64,000 bases of DNA from a virus. This document shows positions 1 through 9,573 of this stretch, piece after piece. How positions within the stretch are numbered: the first letter of the stretch is position 1; each line of letters opens with the position of its first letter. The notes under the pieces are model-generated. The model was not told the DNA's origin, ran no database searches, and saw only the letters and a program-made list of their open reading frames with translations. The position numbers were made by a program, and so were the translations under genes. The DNA lies in the UHGV virus genome UHGV-0165490; one strand, written 5' to 3'.

Positions 1-77
1 CTAAAGATATAAAAAGTATACTTATCTGCCAAATTATTTCGGAGAATTTTTGATTAAAAAATCTGAAAATGTGATTT
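1..77 (-). repeat. Promoter-cassette repeat, copy A (truncated by window edge)
   Basis: ctaaagatataaaaagtatacttatctgccaaattatttcggagaatttttgattaaaaaatctgaaaatgtgattt matches the copies at 6583, 48284, 50754 and 62868; reads TTTG-N20-TATCTTTA on the minus strand. Confidence 0.9.
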
Positions 78-594
78 ATGCTTTTAATAAAAAAGAAATC
101 CTATCAAATCTTTGTTCCACTGACCCATTTAAAACAAAATATCTAATATCATACTTATTTAAAAAATTAATAAGCTGAATATCAACTTCTTTTCTAAATT
201 TCTCATCAGTAAATCTCACACCATCATCCTCCACGGGAAATTCAATTGGAATGTAAAAATATCTCGCTTCTTTCGCTATATCAAGATTATCCTGCCATAT
301 CTTTTCCAAACGCTTACTCTCAGATTCATAACCCAACACCGCGCTATACACAATAGGATCAATGATTGAACGCGTCGATAAATACTTTTTTCGTGTTAGA
401 TTTGATGTCCATGACCATGCTGTTAATTCACCTATCAAAATTTGTTCCTGTAACGAGGTTAAACCAAGCTTTATACTTGCCTCGCGTAATGGACGAGAAA
501 AGCCATCAGTACAATAATACTCAGGAAAATGTTTTTGAACTCGTTTCATTAATGTCGATTTTCCCACACCGTGACTGCCCACTAATATATTCAT
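76..594 (-). CDS. P-loop nucleotide/dNMP kinase-like protein (AAA_28/thymidylate kinase-like)
   Basis: N-terminal Walker A GSHGVGKST, RS-x-x-D motif, DDGVR lid-like motif; last gene of the modification cluster. Confidence 0.7.
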   Translation of the reverse strand: MNILVGSHGVGKSTLMKRVQKHFPEYYCTDGFSRPLREASIKLGLTSLQEQILIGELTAWSWTSNLTRKKYLSTRSIIDPIVYSAVLGYESESKRLEKIWQDNLDIAKEARYFYIPIEFPVEDDGVRFTDEKFRKEVDIQLINFLNKYDIRYFVLNGSVEQRFDRISFLLKA

Positions 595-1126
595 AATATT
601 TTTCTTTTAAAAATTTACCCCAACATCTCACACAAGCAATCCTACTTCCGTAATAGTAATGCCGTATATTATCGTTACTCCGAATTTTAAATTTTTCCGC
701 TTTCACTATCATGCTCATATCACCCTGTAAATTCACCCTGTAAATAACACCACCCACATAAGGTAAACGTGCATCAAATGATTTTTTTTGAGGTTTGCCA
801 TTTCTTAAATCGGGATATAACGTAATTAAACCAGGATATTTCGCGTAAACATTACCGTGTTCAATCAAAAAACGTGGTATATCACCTTTATAGTCGTGTA
901 ATGTAATGATATCATCCCCCGTTAAATTTAAATCACAATAATCTCTCTCACATAATCGCTTTTTAAACACGATAACATCCACACTCACCCTGACAATCCA
1001 ATCCAACATCGCATTATTGAATTCCGTTACATTGTCTGTTACGATAAAATCCGGTTTACGCCTCAATTTTCTACTCAATAAAAATATCTCGTAGCCTGTA
1101 CCCGAAGTAAAAGCAACCCACCTCAT
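521..1126 (-). CDS. PurN-like formyltransferase homologue (DpdN-like), catalytic motif degenerate
   Basis: N-terminal AFTSGTG, ITLHDY, PGLITLYPDL and GGVIYRV align by eye to the GAR transformylase fold; the N-x-H-P motif reads A-K-Y-P. Confidence 0.65.
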   Translation of the reverse strand: MRWVAFTSGTGYEIFLLSRKLRRKPDFIVTDNVTEFNNAMLDWIVRVSVDVIVFKKRLCERDYCDLNLTGDDIITLHDYKGDIPRFLIEHGNVYAKYPGLITLYPDLRNGKPQKKSFDARLPYVGGVIYRVNLQGDMSMIVKAEKFKIRSNDNIRHYYYGSRIACVRCWGKFLKEKYYEYISGQSRCGKIDINETSSKTFS

Positions 1127-1923
1127 TCGTATTTCACAAACTTACGAAACAAATTAATATTATACCTAACATCTGCGCGAGCCTCAGCGGATAACTCCTC
1201 ATCCATCAAATCAGCAAGTTTATCTGATTCTTTGTGATCCAAACCAAAACTTTTATATCTGATACCCTTCATACCATGTACTACTGGATTTGATGTATCA
1301 ATCGTCTCTATAAATGAATATCTCTCACCCTTATAATGTCTAAATTCTTGTGGTAGAGCACACCCCAACAGATGAACTTTTGTATTTGATTTTATATACC
1401 CTCTTTCAATCAAAATATCCACAAGTAACATTCGCCCATACATACACGCCCACTCTCGCGACAAAAATGGAAAATGATCCTCGTACCAAGGAGAATAAAA
1501 TGATAATGCCACCTTATCGGTATTATATCTCATATGTTCAAAACAATTCAAAATTTCCTCCAAATCCCTACCTTGTACAACACCAATTGATTTGCACCCC
1601 CTTTTGATAAGCTTATCCCGATACCAATAATTCCACTTTTCCATGTTATGAATCGTTTCAGTTGAATTACCTAACACATCAGGTATCACATATTCAGTTG
1701 GACATAAAGAAAAAACGGCATTCGCAAATTCTCTCATTTCAAACGCTTCACCCAATTCAAACATTGAATTATCAAGAATTACCCTTCTCCCCATTTTTAA
1801 CGATTCTTCGAAGAATTCTCTGTAAAAGCTCCGCGATAATAAATGAACAAGCGCGTAATCATAATCATTAAACTTCCGGCTCCCCTCCAAAAGAGTTAGC
1901 GGTACTTCATGAGATACTTCCAT
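1123..1923 (-). CDS. TGT-fold 7-deazaguanine transglycosylase-like protein (divergent DpdA, DpdA3-like)
   Basis: Probable start MEVSHEVP at 1923 overlapping the queC stop; motifs ILDNSMFELG, IPDV, GVVQG, VHLLGC, DTSNP; lies inside the que cluster. Confidence 0.65.
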   Translation of the reverse strand: MEVSHEVPLTLLEGSRKFNDYDYALVHLLSRSFYREFFEESLKMGRRVILDNSMFELGEAFEMREFANAVFSLCPTEYVIPDVLGNSTETIHNMEKWNYWYRDKLIKRGCKSIGVVQGRDLEEILNCFEHMRYNTDKVALSFYSPWYEDHFPFLSREWACMYGRMLLVDILIERGYIKSNTKVHLLGCALPQEFRHYKGERYSFIETIDTSNPVVHGMKGIRYKSFGLDHKESDKLADLMDEELSAEARADVRYNINLFRKFVKYE

Positions 1924-2653
1924 GACTCTGATATTTAATAGGATCTGCCAAACCAACGTAATTCCATGCCTCAAGCCTTTCATTACAACTTCCACACACA
2001 CCACACGCTTCACCTTTTTCATTTGGATTATAACATGTATGAGTGTTTTTCATAATCTTTTTCACGGTACGTGTGGAAAAATTCATCTTATACATGGATG
2101 ATAACCCACAACTTAACACCTTGCCTTTGTGCATATTTTCAAACGGTGCTTTATAATTAACCTTATCACTACCCCAATTCGATACCTTAAAAGCATGTTC
2201 ACATGCCTTACGTGATTCAACGGTTGTGTCAGGATAAACCGTATGATCTCCCGCATGCGTTCCAAGAAATATATCTACGGGTGCATTTTCTCGATTCGAC
2301 CAAGCCAGTGCTTTTCCATAAATAATCGCTGAGAATATTACATTTCGATTTTCAACAACAGTTGACTTCATGTTCTCATCAGCATAATGCCCTTTCGGAA
2401 CAGATATACCCGGATTTCTTAATGATGAGTTACTTTCGCTAAAACAGTCATTAAGATCAATCACATGGTGAGTCAATAGAAAACCCATATTTCTTAAAAA
2501 ACGAACATTCTTTAATGCACCCTTTAGTTCAGTACTATGTTTTTGCCCGTAAAAAAATGAATACGCTGAAACTGTGTATCCCTCACTTAAAAGATAAAGC
2601 AATAAACATGTACTATCTAATCCACCCGACAAACTTAAAACTGCTCTTTTCAT
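1907..2653 (-). CDS. queC: 7-cyano-7-deazaguanine synthase
   Basis: SGGLDST PP-loop, YGQKH, RN, YPD, CY...CGVCGSC zinc motif. Confidence 0.95.
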   Translation of the reverse strand: MKRAVLSLSGGLDSTCLLLYLLSEGYTVSAYSFFYGQKHSTELKGALKNVRFLRNMGFLLTHHVIDLNDCFSESNSSLRNPGISVPKGHYADENMKSTVVENRNVIFSAIIYGKALAWSNRENAPVDIFLGTHAGDHTVYPDTTVESRKACEHAFKVSNWGSDKVNYKAPFENMHKGKVLSCGLSSMYKMNFSTRTVKKIMKNTHTCYNPNEKGEACGVCGSCNERLEAWNYVGLADPIKYQSHGSIS

Positions 2654-2671
2654 TCGATAAAAATTAAAATA

Positions 2672-3172
2672 TTAATATATTCTCTGTTGGTCATTTTGAA
2701 ATTGACCGTTATATAAAGTTAACACTTCGGTGCAATCATAACCGATGAATTGCGCTACACGAGCTTCATATTCGATACGTATCGGTTCAAATACTTCCAT
2801 GAATGTTCCTATACAATCAGTCTTAAAACCCGCATCAAAAATTGACGAATGTATCCATGCACCACACCTTGCTAATGAACTTCTTTGAACGATTAACCCC
2901 ATCAATGTAGATGGGATATCACACCCTTCGATAAAATCCACCATATAATAGCCCCGATCCAGGGACCATATTTTCGTATCACCAGAACATACCTTACACT
3001 CTATTTCATCATAGAGGGGTAATATTGTCTTTTTGTGCCCACTCGGAATATATCCCATATCACGCGATTTAAAAACACGTTTCAGACGAAGATCATATCC
3101 GTGTTGAGTTACATTTTCTTCCAATGCACCTTTTATAACACCTCTATCAATCAATTCTTTTCCATTTAACAT
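2672..3172 (-). CDS. dUTPase / dCTP deaminase (trimeric fold)
   Basis: GYDLR, RSSLAR, FDAGF, RVAQF, YNGQFQ motifs. Confidence 0.85.
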   Translation of the reverse strand: MLNGKELIDRGVIKGALEENVTQHGYDLRLKRVFKSRDMGYIPSGHKKTILPLYDEIECKVCSGDTKIWSLDRGYYMVDFIEGCDIPSTLMGLIVQRSSLARCGAWIHSSIFDAGFKTDCIGTFMEVFEPIRIEYEARVAQFIGYDCTEVLTLYNGQFQNDQQRIY

Positions 3173-3205
3173 ACCCTATTTATTTAATTTCAATTAATAA
3201 TCAAA

Positions 3206-4114
3206 TTATTCGACGGTTTCATCATTTTGTTTTTCATATAAAAACTCTCTTGCACGTGCTTCGGCAAAGGCATATAGCACTGTGTCTCGACTTAGGTATT
3301 TATATGGAATACGCCCTGTTAAATCAGGTCCAGCGCTTTCATACACATCAGGACCCGGAATGATAACCCCCGCTTTCACCTTTGCCAAGAAATTATTTCT
3401 CGCCTTTTCAATATTAATTGCGTAACGAAAAATTGAAAAATCGACGGAATCCGGCATAATAAATCTCGTTGTCTCAACATTCGAACACCCCAAAAGATGT
3501 ACATACTTACCCTTATCACGAGCATATTTTATCATCTTATCTAACTCGGAACGATACACATGCCACTGACGTCCTTGTGCCAAGCCCCCAATTGATAGAA
3601 GGGGGTAAAGCTGCGAATCACAAAGGTCTTTCCAATACTGAAATCCTTGGTGCATTTTAAATACAGGTGCGGGGTAATAACCAGTGATCTGTTTAATTTC
3701 TTCGCGTAAATAATTTTTCGGTGATAATAAATCATCATCGTGACGAAAATATTCATTATCTAACTCAAAACACATTTTAAAACGACCCATTGTAAGAAAA
3801 CGAAGAAATTTCTTTTTCATTCGTTCGCATTCATTCCAAAAAACAGGGTTACTTTCGCCTAACGCTTTTTGCTTTTTAAATAATGTAAAACCTCCTGAAT
3901 CGAGCCACAATCTATCACCACCCACAACATTTTGAAGAAATTTAATATAACCCGAGGTCATATCAACTGTTGAAATCAAATAATCGTTATCATGTGAAAG
4001 AAGGAGTTTTTCAAGAACCTTATCTGAACGACAACTACTTATCAATCCGCCACCAAGCCCCATAACAAGCCTCCTTTTCGGCCGTGTAAACATAATATCA
4101 GTCAATGCCTTCAA
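3206..4114 (-). CDS. dpdA: DNA 7-deazaguanine transglycosylase (DpdA, TGT-like)
   Basis: LDSGGFT, ELD, PVF, IGGLA, VHLLG and DSVD motifs; adjacent to ParB-like gene and folE. Confidence 0.8.
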   Translation of the reverse strand: MKALTDIMFTRPKRRLVMGLGGGLISSCRSDKVLEKLLLSHDNDYLISTVDMTSGYIKFLQNVVGGDRLWLDSGGFTLFKKQKALGESNPVFWNECERMKKKFLRFLTMGRFKMCFELDNEYFRHDDDLLSPKNYLREEIKQITGYYPAPVFKMHQGFQYWKDLCDSQLYPLLSIGGLAQGRQWHVYRSELDKMIKYARDKGKYVHLLGCSNVETTRFIMPDSVDFSIFRYAINIEKARNNFLAKVKAGVIIPGPDVYESAGPDLTGRIPYKYLSRDTVLYAFAEARAREFLYEKQNDETVE

Positions 4115-4532
4115 TTAATTTATCAAGTTCATCTTTATTATCACTCTCAGTTGTGATACCTATCTCTCTCATCGCACCCTTATCACCATGTTTATCAACC
4201 AAACGTTGAAGCGCTGTGTAATTCCACTGCGAATATTCATTAGTCTTATTATCCGCGATTAAAAAACCAATTTTTTCCTGTTCCGTCAGTCCCTTAACAA
4301 CGAGTACATCAAATTTATCAACCCCCAGCATCTCCAATGCTCTAAAACGAGTATTACCCGCAAGAATTATTCCTTCCTCGTCAACAACAATAGGATTGAT
4401 GTACCCATACGCGAGAATACTTTTCGCGACCATTTTCGCCGATCTAATATTCCGACGTGGATTTAACGGATGATATCGTATATCACAAGCATTTACTAAT
4501 CTAATCTCCTTTTGGATTTGTTTTATCGACAT
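4098..4532 (-). CDS. ParB/Srx-like N-terminal domain protein
   Basis: NPR, SI-x-x-YG-x-x-NPIVVD, ILAGNTR, IADNK motifs. Confidence 0.9.
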   Translation of the reverse strand: MSIKQIQKEIRLVNACDIRYHPLNPRRNIRSAKMVAKSILAYGYINPIVVDEEGIILAGNTRFRALEMLGVDKFDVLVVKGLTEQEKIGFLIADNKTNEYSQWNYTALQRLVDKHGDKGAMREIGITTESDNKDELDKLIEGID

Positions 4533-4537
4533 GTGAT

Positions 4538-5194
4538 TTATTTTTTTCCGAGTTTGTAAATCTGTATCGCACGTAAAAATTCATCGCGGCTATTCTTCTC
4601 GTTCGTTAAAAAAGCACCCGAACAATAATGTGTTGTCATTGTGCTATTATCTTCAGCCCCCCTCATGCTTACACACATGTGCTCTGCTTCAATATACACG
4701 GCAATACCCAAAACTGTATCACCCAACACGCTAACAAGATAATCGTGTATTTGTCGAGTTAGCTGCTCTTGCAACTGGGGTCGTTTCGCAAACCAATGAA
4801 CAATCCTATTCAATTTCGAAAGACCTATAACCTGACCATCCTCCTTGCTAATATAAGCAAGGCTACAAAATCCTGTAAAGGGGAGAAAATGATGTGAACA
4901 CAATGAATTTACCTCAATCCCATGCTCTATAACCATTCCTGAATACCCTGAACTTGGAAATACGGCCAATTTGGGTGGCGCTGAATACGCACCTGAAGTA
5001 ATCTCGTTCACAAACATTTTCGCAACCCTACGCGGTGTTTGCTGCATATTAGGATCGCGAGCCCAATCATAACCTAATGCTTCGAGAAATTTTCCATACG
5101 CTTCACTTGCTTTCTGTATCATCTCTATTTTTTTCGCATTAGAAAGCGAGAGATTTTCCCCCGCTTTCAGCTTTAATTTCTGTACATTCTCCAT
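4538..5194 (-). CDS. folE: GTP cyclohydrolase I
   Basis: TPRRVAKM, CSHHFLPF, GLSKLNR, QLQEQLT, HMCVSMRG. Confidence 0.97.
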   Translation of the reverse strand: MENVQKLKLKAGENLSLSNAKKIEMIQKASEAYGKFLEALGYDWARDPNMQQTPRRVAKMFVNEITSGAYSAPPKLAVFPSSGYSGMVIEHGIEVNSLCSHHFLPFTGFCSLAYISKEDGQVIGLSKLNRIVHWFAKRPQLQEQLTRQIHDYLVSVLGDTVLGIAVYIEAEHMCVSMRGAEDNSTMTTHYCSGAFLTNEKNSRDEFLRAIQIYKLGKK

Positions 5195-5208
5195 ATCTTT
5201 TTACTTTA

Positions 5209-5964
5209 TTACGCTTCTCTTTTAGAACCCCAAATGATTATATGTAACCTATCGGTGTAATAATACCCTAATTCAATACACCTTCTCGACAACCATTGTC
5301 GTTTTTCCTTCAATTTTTCCTCGGTGTCACCTTCCGGCATCAAATAAACAATAATATCCTTGTGGAGGGGATCAATTCGTTTAATTTGGTCAAAAATTCT
5401 GTTAACCTGGTCAGTGACTTCCTGTATATCTGCTTCATCACTAATAACATATTTTAATTGATAATTTCTCGAATTTAAAATCCACGATGCAATGGCAAAA
5501 ATATTTTCCCTTCTTTCCTCGTGTGTTTTAGCATTATGAGGTTGACTATAAGGAATAGAACTTTTAAGCTTGGGTGAGATTGACACCAAATCAACATAAA
5601 AATTCTTATCGTGCGGGTAGGGTATCGTGCCATTCGTTTCAAGTGTTACAATTTTATTCAACCCTCGGCATATACTCACCAAATCTTCAACCAGGGGCAT
5701 ATGTAATGTGGGTTCACCACCTGTTATCATAACATGATGAATTTTATCATTTGAAGATAAAACATTATACACATCCTGTAAAGAATACTTTCCCGGTTCG
5801 CTATACCAGGAACTATATGCCGTATCACATAGACTTGTTTTAAACGAACATCTTAAATTACACCCCGATGTTCTAATTAATATATGAGGAATACCTGCAT
5901 ACATACCTTCTCCTTGTAAAACAGGAAAAAGATCGATAATGGGTTGTATCATGAATTTATCCAT
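5209..5964 (-). CDS. queE: 7-carboxy-7-deazaguanine synthase (radical SAM)
   Basis: LQGEG, GCNLRC...CDT, ITGGEP, ETNGT, SPKL, RLH. Confidence 0.95.
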   Translation of the reverse strand: MDKFMIQPIIDLFPVLQGEGMYAGIPHILIRTSGCNLRCSFKTSLCDTAYSSWYSEPGKYSLQDVYNVLSSNDKIHHVMITGGEPTLHMPLVEDLVSICRGLNKIVTLETNGTIPYPHDKNFYVDLVSISPKLKSSIPYSQPHNAKTHEERRENIFAIASWILNSRNYQLKYVISDEADIQEVTDQVNRIFDQIKRIDPLHKDIIVYLMPEGDTEEKLKEKRQWLSRRCIELGYYYTDRLHIIIWGSKREA

Positions 5965-6571
5965 GCGTGCTTAAATTTAAATTATTTAAATATTCATCTT
6001 GTTTAATTAGTTTGCGTGGTGGTGGAATTATTCGCTTAACATTCAATACCGTTTTGGGTAGAAATTCGCGTAATGCTGAGCTAAAACTAATAATAACTTT
6101 ATTACCTATTTGGTTCAAAAACATCTCAAAATCTTTCCTATTGCATTCTGCGTAACCCGTATCCGTTTCATGAACACGAACGCTCTTAACAGAAATTTCA
6201 CCCTCACCATTTGAAAACTCGGTGTTTTTTATAATTCCATCAAAAAAATAAAAGAATATCAATGATAAAATTTCAGCAGAGGGATTAAACTCTGAAAGAA
6301 TCCATCTTTCATTTTCTTGCATAAAAAATTCCCGATACCTACTATTATCTTCACGCCAAATAATATGTGAATGGTCAAATGCATCAACAACGGCCTTAAA
6401 ATCTTGCATAAGGCCAAAATCCATGATCATACCCGCATTATCCAAACAGTCCGATGATAAAAACACTTCAACCTTATAGCTGTGTCCATGTACATTACGA
6501 GAGCATCTTTCACTCGAACAATTTCGAACAATATGACTACCCTCAAACTTAAATAATTTTCTAATTATCAT
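5957..6571 (-). CDS. queD: 6-carboxytetrahydropterin synthase (QueD/QueD2-like)
   Basis: H...C...HGHSY, GMIMDFG, FDH, PSAE, VHET. Confidence 0.93.
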   Translation of the reverse strand: MIIRKLFKFEGSHIVRNCSSERCSRNVHGHSYKVEVFLSSDCLDNAGMIMDFGLMQDFKAVVDAFDHSHIIWREDNSRYREFFMQENERWILSEFNPSAEILSLIFFYFFDGIIKNTEFSNGEGEISVKSVRVHETDTGYAECNRKDFEMFLNQIGNKVIISFSSALREFLPKTVLNVKRIIPPPRKLIKQDEYLNNLNLSTHG

Positions 6572-6582
6572 ATTCTAAATTG

Positions 6583-6683
6583 ATTAATCTCGTTTGTTTC
6601 AATACCTAAAGATATAAAAAGTATACTTATCTGCCAAATTATTCCGGAGAATTTTTGATTAAAAAATCTGAAAATGTGATTTT
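6583..6683 (-). promoter_or_regulatory. Promoter-cassette repeat, copy B, upstream of the deazaguanine cluster
   Basis: ~100 bp near-identical to the other copies; TTTG-N20-TATCTTTA with AAGTATACTT palindrome in the spacer; directly upstream of queD. Confidence 0.85.
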
Positions 6684-6690
6684 TCTGAAT

Positions 6691-7164
6691 CTATAAATTT
6701 AATAATTCACCAATCAATAACTCAACATCAATATACCTAACTTTTTTCTTACAAACATCGTTACTTATCTCAATACAATTATCATCGGGCGAATTACTTA
6801 TAATCGTAAATATACCGCTCCTATCTCTCACTCTAAAACCTGGTTTAAACGAGTATAAATTATCATAGAATACCATGCCTAATTTTCCGGGGGGATATTT
6901 AAAGTTAGGGGGTCCGTACGGTGTTAGAAATTCATCCATGACGACTCTTTTCCATTCGTTCTGATCACTAAAAATAGAATTTAGTCTTGGACGCGACCTC
7001 GTTATATTCAAAATTTTATTCTTCTTCTTCTCACATATATCTTCACACATCTTCACAAAAAACGCATCCTCATATATTTTTGAACGAAGGTAATAAGATA
7101 AATATTCTAACTGAAGTAAATTAAAATATTCATCAATTAATAATTTTTCTTTTCTCGGTATCAT
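6691..7164 (-). CDS. Hypothetical protein
   Basis: 157-aa ORF whose start overlaps the primase stop. Confidence 0.7.
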   Translation of the reverse strand: MIPRKEKLLIDEYFNLLQLEYLSYYLRSKIYEDAFFVKMCEDICEKKKNKILNITRSRPRLNSIFSDQNEWKRVVMDEFLTPYGPPNFKYPPGKLGMVFYDNLYSFKPGFRVRDRSGIFTIISNSPDDNCIEISNDVCKKKVRYIDVELLIGELLNL

Positions 7165-8147
7165 GATATGCCCTCTATATTATTTAAATAAAAATTCATC
7201 GGATCAGTCGCTCCCCCTAACGCTTTTGATAACTGAGTAATATCCATATCACCAGGATCCAATGTTTTATCCTCTATTTTTGCGACAAGCACTTTAAATT
7301 TTTTACCTAAAGTGATCGATGCTTCCTTGCTTTGTTCCATGGCATCCCCGTCGTATAACAATATCAATGTTTCAATCTCTAAAGATAATAATATATTCGC
7401 CTGATCCCCACTAATTTTCTTTCCAAACGTAAACACACACGCGACGACATCTCCCTTTCTTAAATCGAGCAACTTATCAACATTTATTTTATCAAATAAT
7501 CCCTCGACAACAATAACAATTTTTGTTTCATTCCCAATAAAATTAACCCCACCTACTATTTTCACAAAACCATTTTCACTATTTCTATACCGAAGCATAG
7601 GTGGTATTCCTTTTTTCTTGCTCTCACGAAGGTTTTGTTTATGCCATTCTTTCGTGTAACGACTCCTTGCCAGCCATCCCACGATACTTTCTCCCTGCTT
7701 CAATTTAAAAACAATATAGTTATTCAAATTTTCCTCGAGGGGCGAATCAGTATAGCTTGGCTCAAATTCCGCGTAATGCTCCCGTGTGAACCCACGGCTA
7801 TTCAAATAACTATCATTGGTTAATGGCTTCAAGCCAAAGGGTAACTCAATAACTTCATTTTCATTAACAATTAACTCTTCATTTTCAATAGATTTTAGAA
7901 AGTTGTTTTTTGATACCTTATAATCAGATTCACATAAATCAGCCCTCCCTATTTTTTTTAAATAATTAAATAAGGATGTTTTCTCACCACACCTAAAACA
8001 ATGAAAAATTTTAGAATTACCTTCAATCAAAATTCCCCATTTATCAGGTTTACCACAATAGGGGCATGCTTCCCTGTTTCTAATCCACCCTTTCTGTCCA
8101 AAAGGTTTTAACGCAAGTGCATCAATCAAATCGTCCTTATCAATCAT
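7161..8147 (-). CDS. DNA primase (zinc finger + TOPRIM)
   Basis: CPYC...HCFRC, VEGLFD, YDGD, DPGD. Confidence 0.9.
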   Translation of the reverse strand: MIDKDDLIDALALKPFGQKGWIRNREACPYCGKPDKWGILIEGNSKIFHCFRCGEKTSLFNYLKKIGRADLCESDYKVSKNNFLKSIENEELIVNENEVIELPFGLKPLTNDSYLNSRGFTREHYAEFEPSYTDSPLEENLNNYIVFKLKQGESIVGWLARSRYTKEWHKQNLRESKKKGIPPMLRYRNSENGFVKIVGGVNFIGNETKIVIVVEGLFDKINVDKLLDLRKGDVVACVFTFGKKISGDQANILLSLEIETLILLYDGDAMEQSKEASITLGKKFKVLVAKIEDKTLDPGDMDITQLSKALGGATDPMNFYLNNIEGIS

Positions 8148-9565
8148 ATCTTCATCGCTTTTGTATCATTACCTGTTTTCCTCACTCTTTTATGATTACT
8201 CTTCGCTGCCATAACCACTTTCTCCCCCTTAAATCGATTCAATGTTTCTTTTCTATCATAAAATTTTCCTAACCTATAATTCGTCGCTATTCTAAAAACA
8301 GGGTCATCATTTTCATAATCCCTAACCTTATCTTTATAAATACGTGCCGTGTTCATTTTAACTTCCTCGAGTGTTTGATTCACGGAAAAACACCACGAAA
8401 AAGGCTGCACAACCGTTCTATCACCCTCAACATAACTTCTATCAATAACTTTTTCCTCGTCATTCCATACTTCAAAAGGTACATCTCCTGTCTGTGTTGC
8501 TGATACTATCACACACCCGGTTTCCTCGGCGATATTTTTTAATCGCTTCGCGCATTCCTGGAATTTATATTTAGGCTTAGGATCGAGATCGACCTTACTG
8601 TTATATCCCGTTTTTAACAAATTAAATGAATCTATCACAACAACCCGCGGAAATCTGCCCATGCTTTTAAAATAATCATAAATTAAATTTCTTACCTCCA
8701 CGACTGATGCATCACCGAATTTTTTAAAACTATACAAATAAATATCCTGGCTAAAATTTTGAATATCAGTAATTGTTTTCTGAATCTGATCTAATTCCTT
8801 GTCAGAAAAACCAAAATTTCTCAATTCACTTATTGTTTTACCCGTCCACATCGTTGTATATTTTGTGTGAATTTTTTCTTTTGATTCCTCGCAAATTATG
8901 TGTAATACATCAAATCCATTCAACGCGGCAGACATTGCTGTCCACCTCAATAAAGTTGATTTTCCCACACCGGACCGTGCTATCCATAAAGCAGTATCAC
9001 CCGGGTCCATCCCCCCGTATTTATCATCCAAATAATCTATGCCGAAAGGTACCCGTTGAGCTAAAACTTGTGGTGACATTATCCTTTCAAGTGCCAGCTC
9101 ATAATCACCAAAAACACGTAAAAATTGTCCGCCCTGGCTCCTCAATGAAAAATTATGTATTGCTTCACTTTCTTCTTTGCTAACCGCTATCGCCTCCTCC
9201 TTCTTTCCTTCATTATAAAGATCAACAACTCGTTTATTCATCAGCACAAAACGACTATCCTTAATGTAGCTCTCCAATTGATTTAGGAGTAACTCATCCT
9301 CCACGACCAATGCGCTCTGAATTTCCCCGATAGTTAGTTGTACGCTTTCATTCACTGAATACTTTTGTGCAATCATCCCAATTGAGGGTATTGGTCCCCC
9401 TGTTTCAATACCCGTTTTTATCTCTTTAAGGATAAATTTAAAACCAACTTCTTCTTTGGGAATCAAACTGTAATCCAAACAATTACAACAGACCGTTAAT
9501 AGGTCCTTGCTTAAAAATATTTTTTTGAATAATTCACTTAAAAAATTAGGGTTTATCTTTTCCAT
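8144..9565 (-). CDS. DnaB-like replicative helicase
   Basis: Walker A ARSGVGKST, CEES, Walker B VVIDS, SATQ, KVR finger. Confidence 0.9.
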   Translation of the reverse strand: MEKINPNFLSELFKKIFLSKDLLTVCCNCLDYSLIPKEEVGFKFILKEIKTGIETGGPIPSIGMIAQKYSVNESVQLTIGEIQSALVVEDELLLNQLESYIKDSRFVLMNKRVVDLYNEGKKEEAIAVSKEESEAIHNFSLRSQGGQFLRVFGDYELALERIMSPQVLAQRVPFGIDYLDDKYGGMDPGDTALWIARSGVGKSTLLRWTAMSAALNGFDVLHIICEESKEKIHTKYTTMWTGKTISELRNFGFSDKELDQIQKTITDIQNFSQDIYLYSFKKFGDASVVEVRNLIYDYFKSMGRFPRVVVIDSFNLLKTGYNSKVDLDPKPKYKFQECAKRLKNIAEETGCVIVSATQTGDVPFEVWNDEEKVIDRSYVEGDRTVVQPFSWCFSVNQTLEEVKMNTARIYKDKVRDYENDDPVFRIATNYRLGKFYDRKETLNRFKGEKVVMAAKSNHKRVRKTGNDTKAMKI

Positions 9566-9573
9566 GCAATGCT

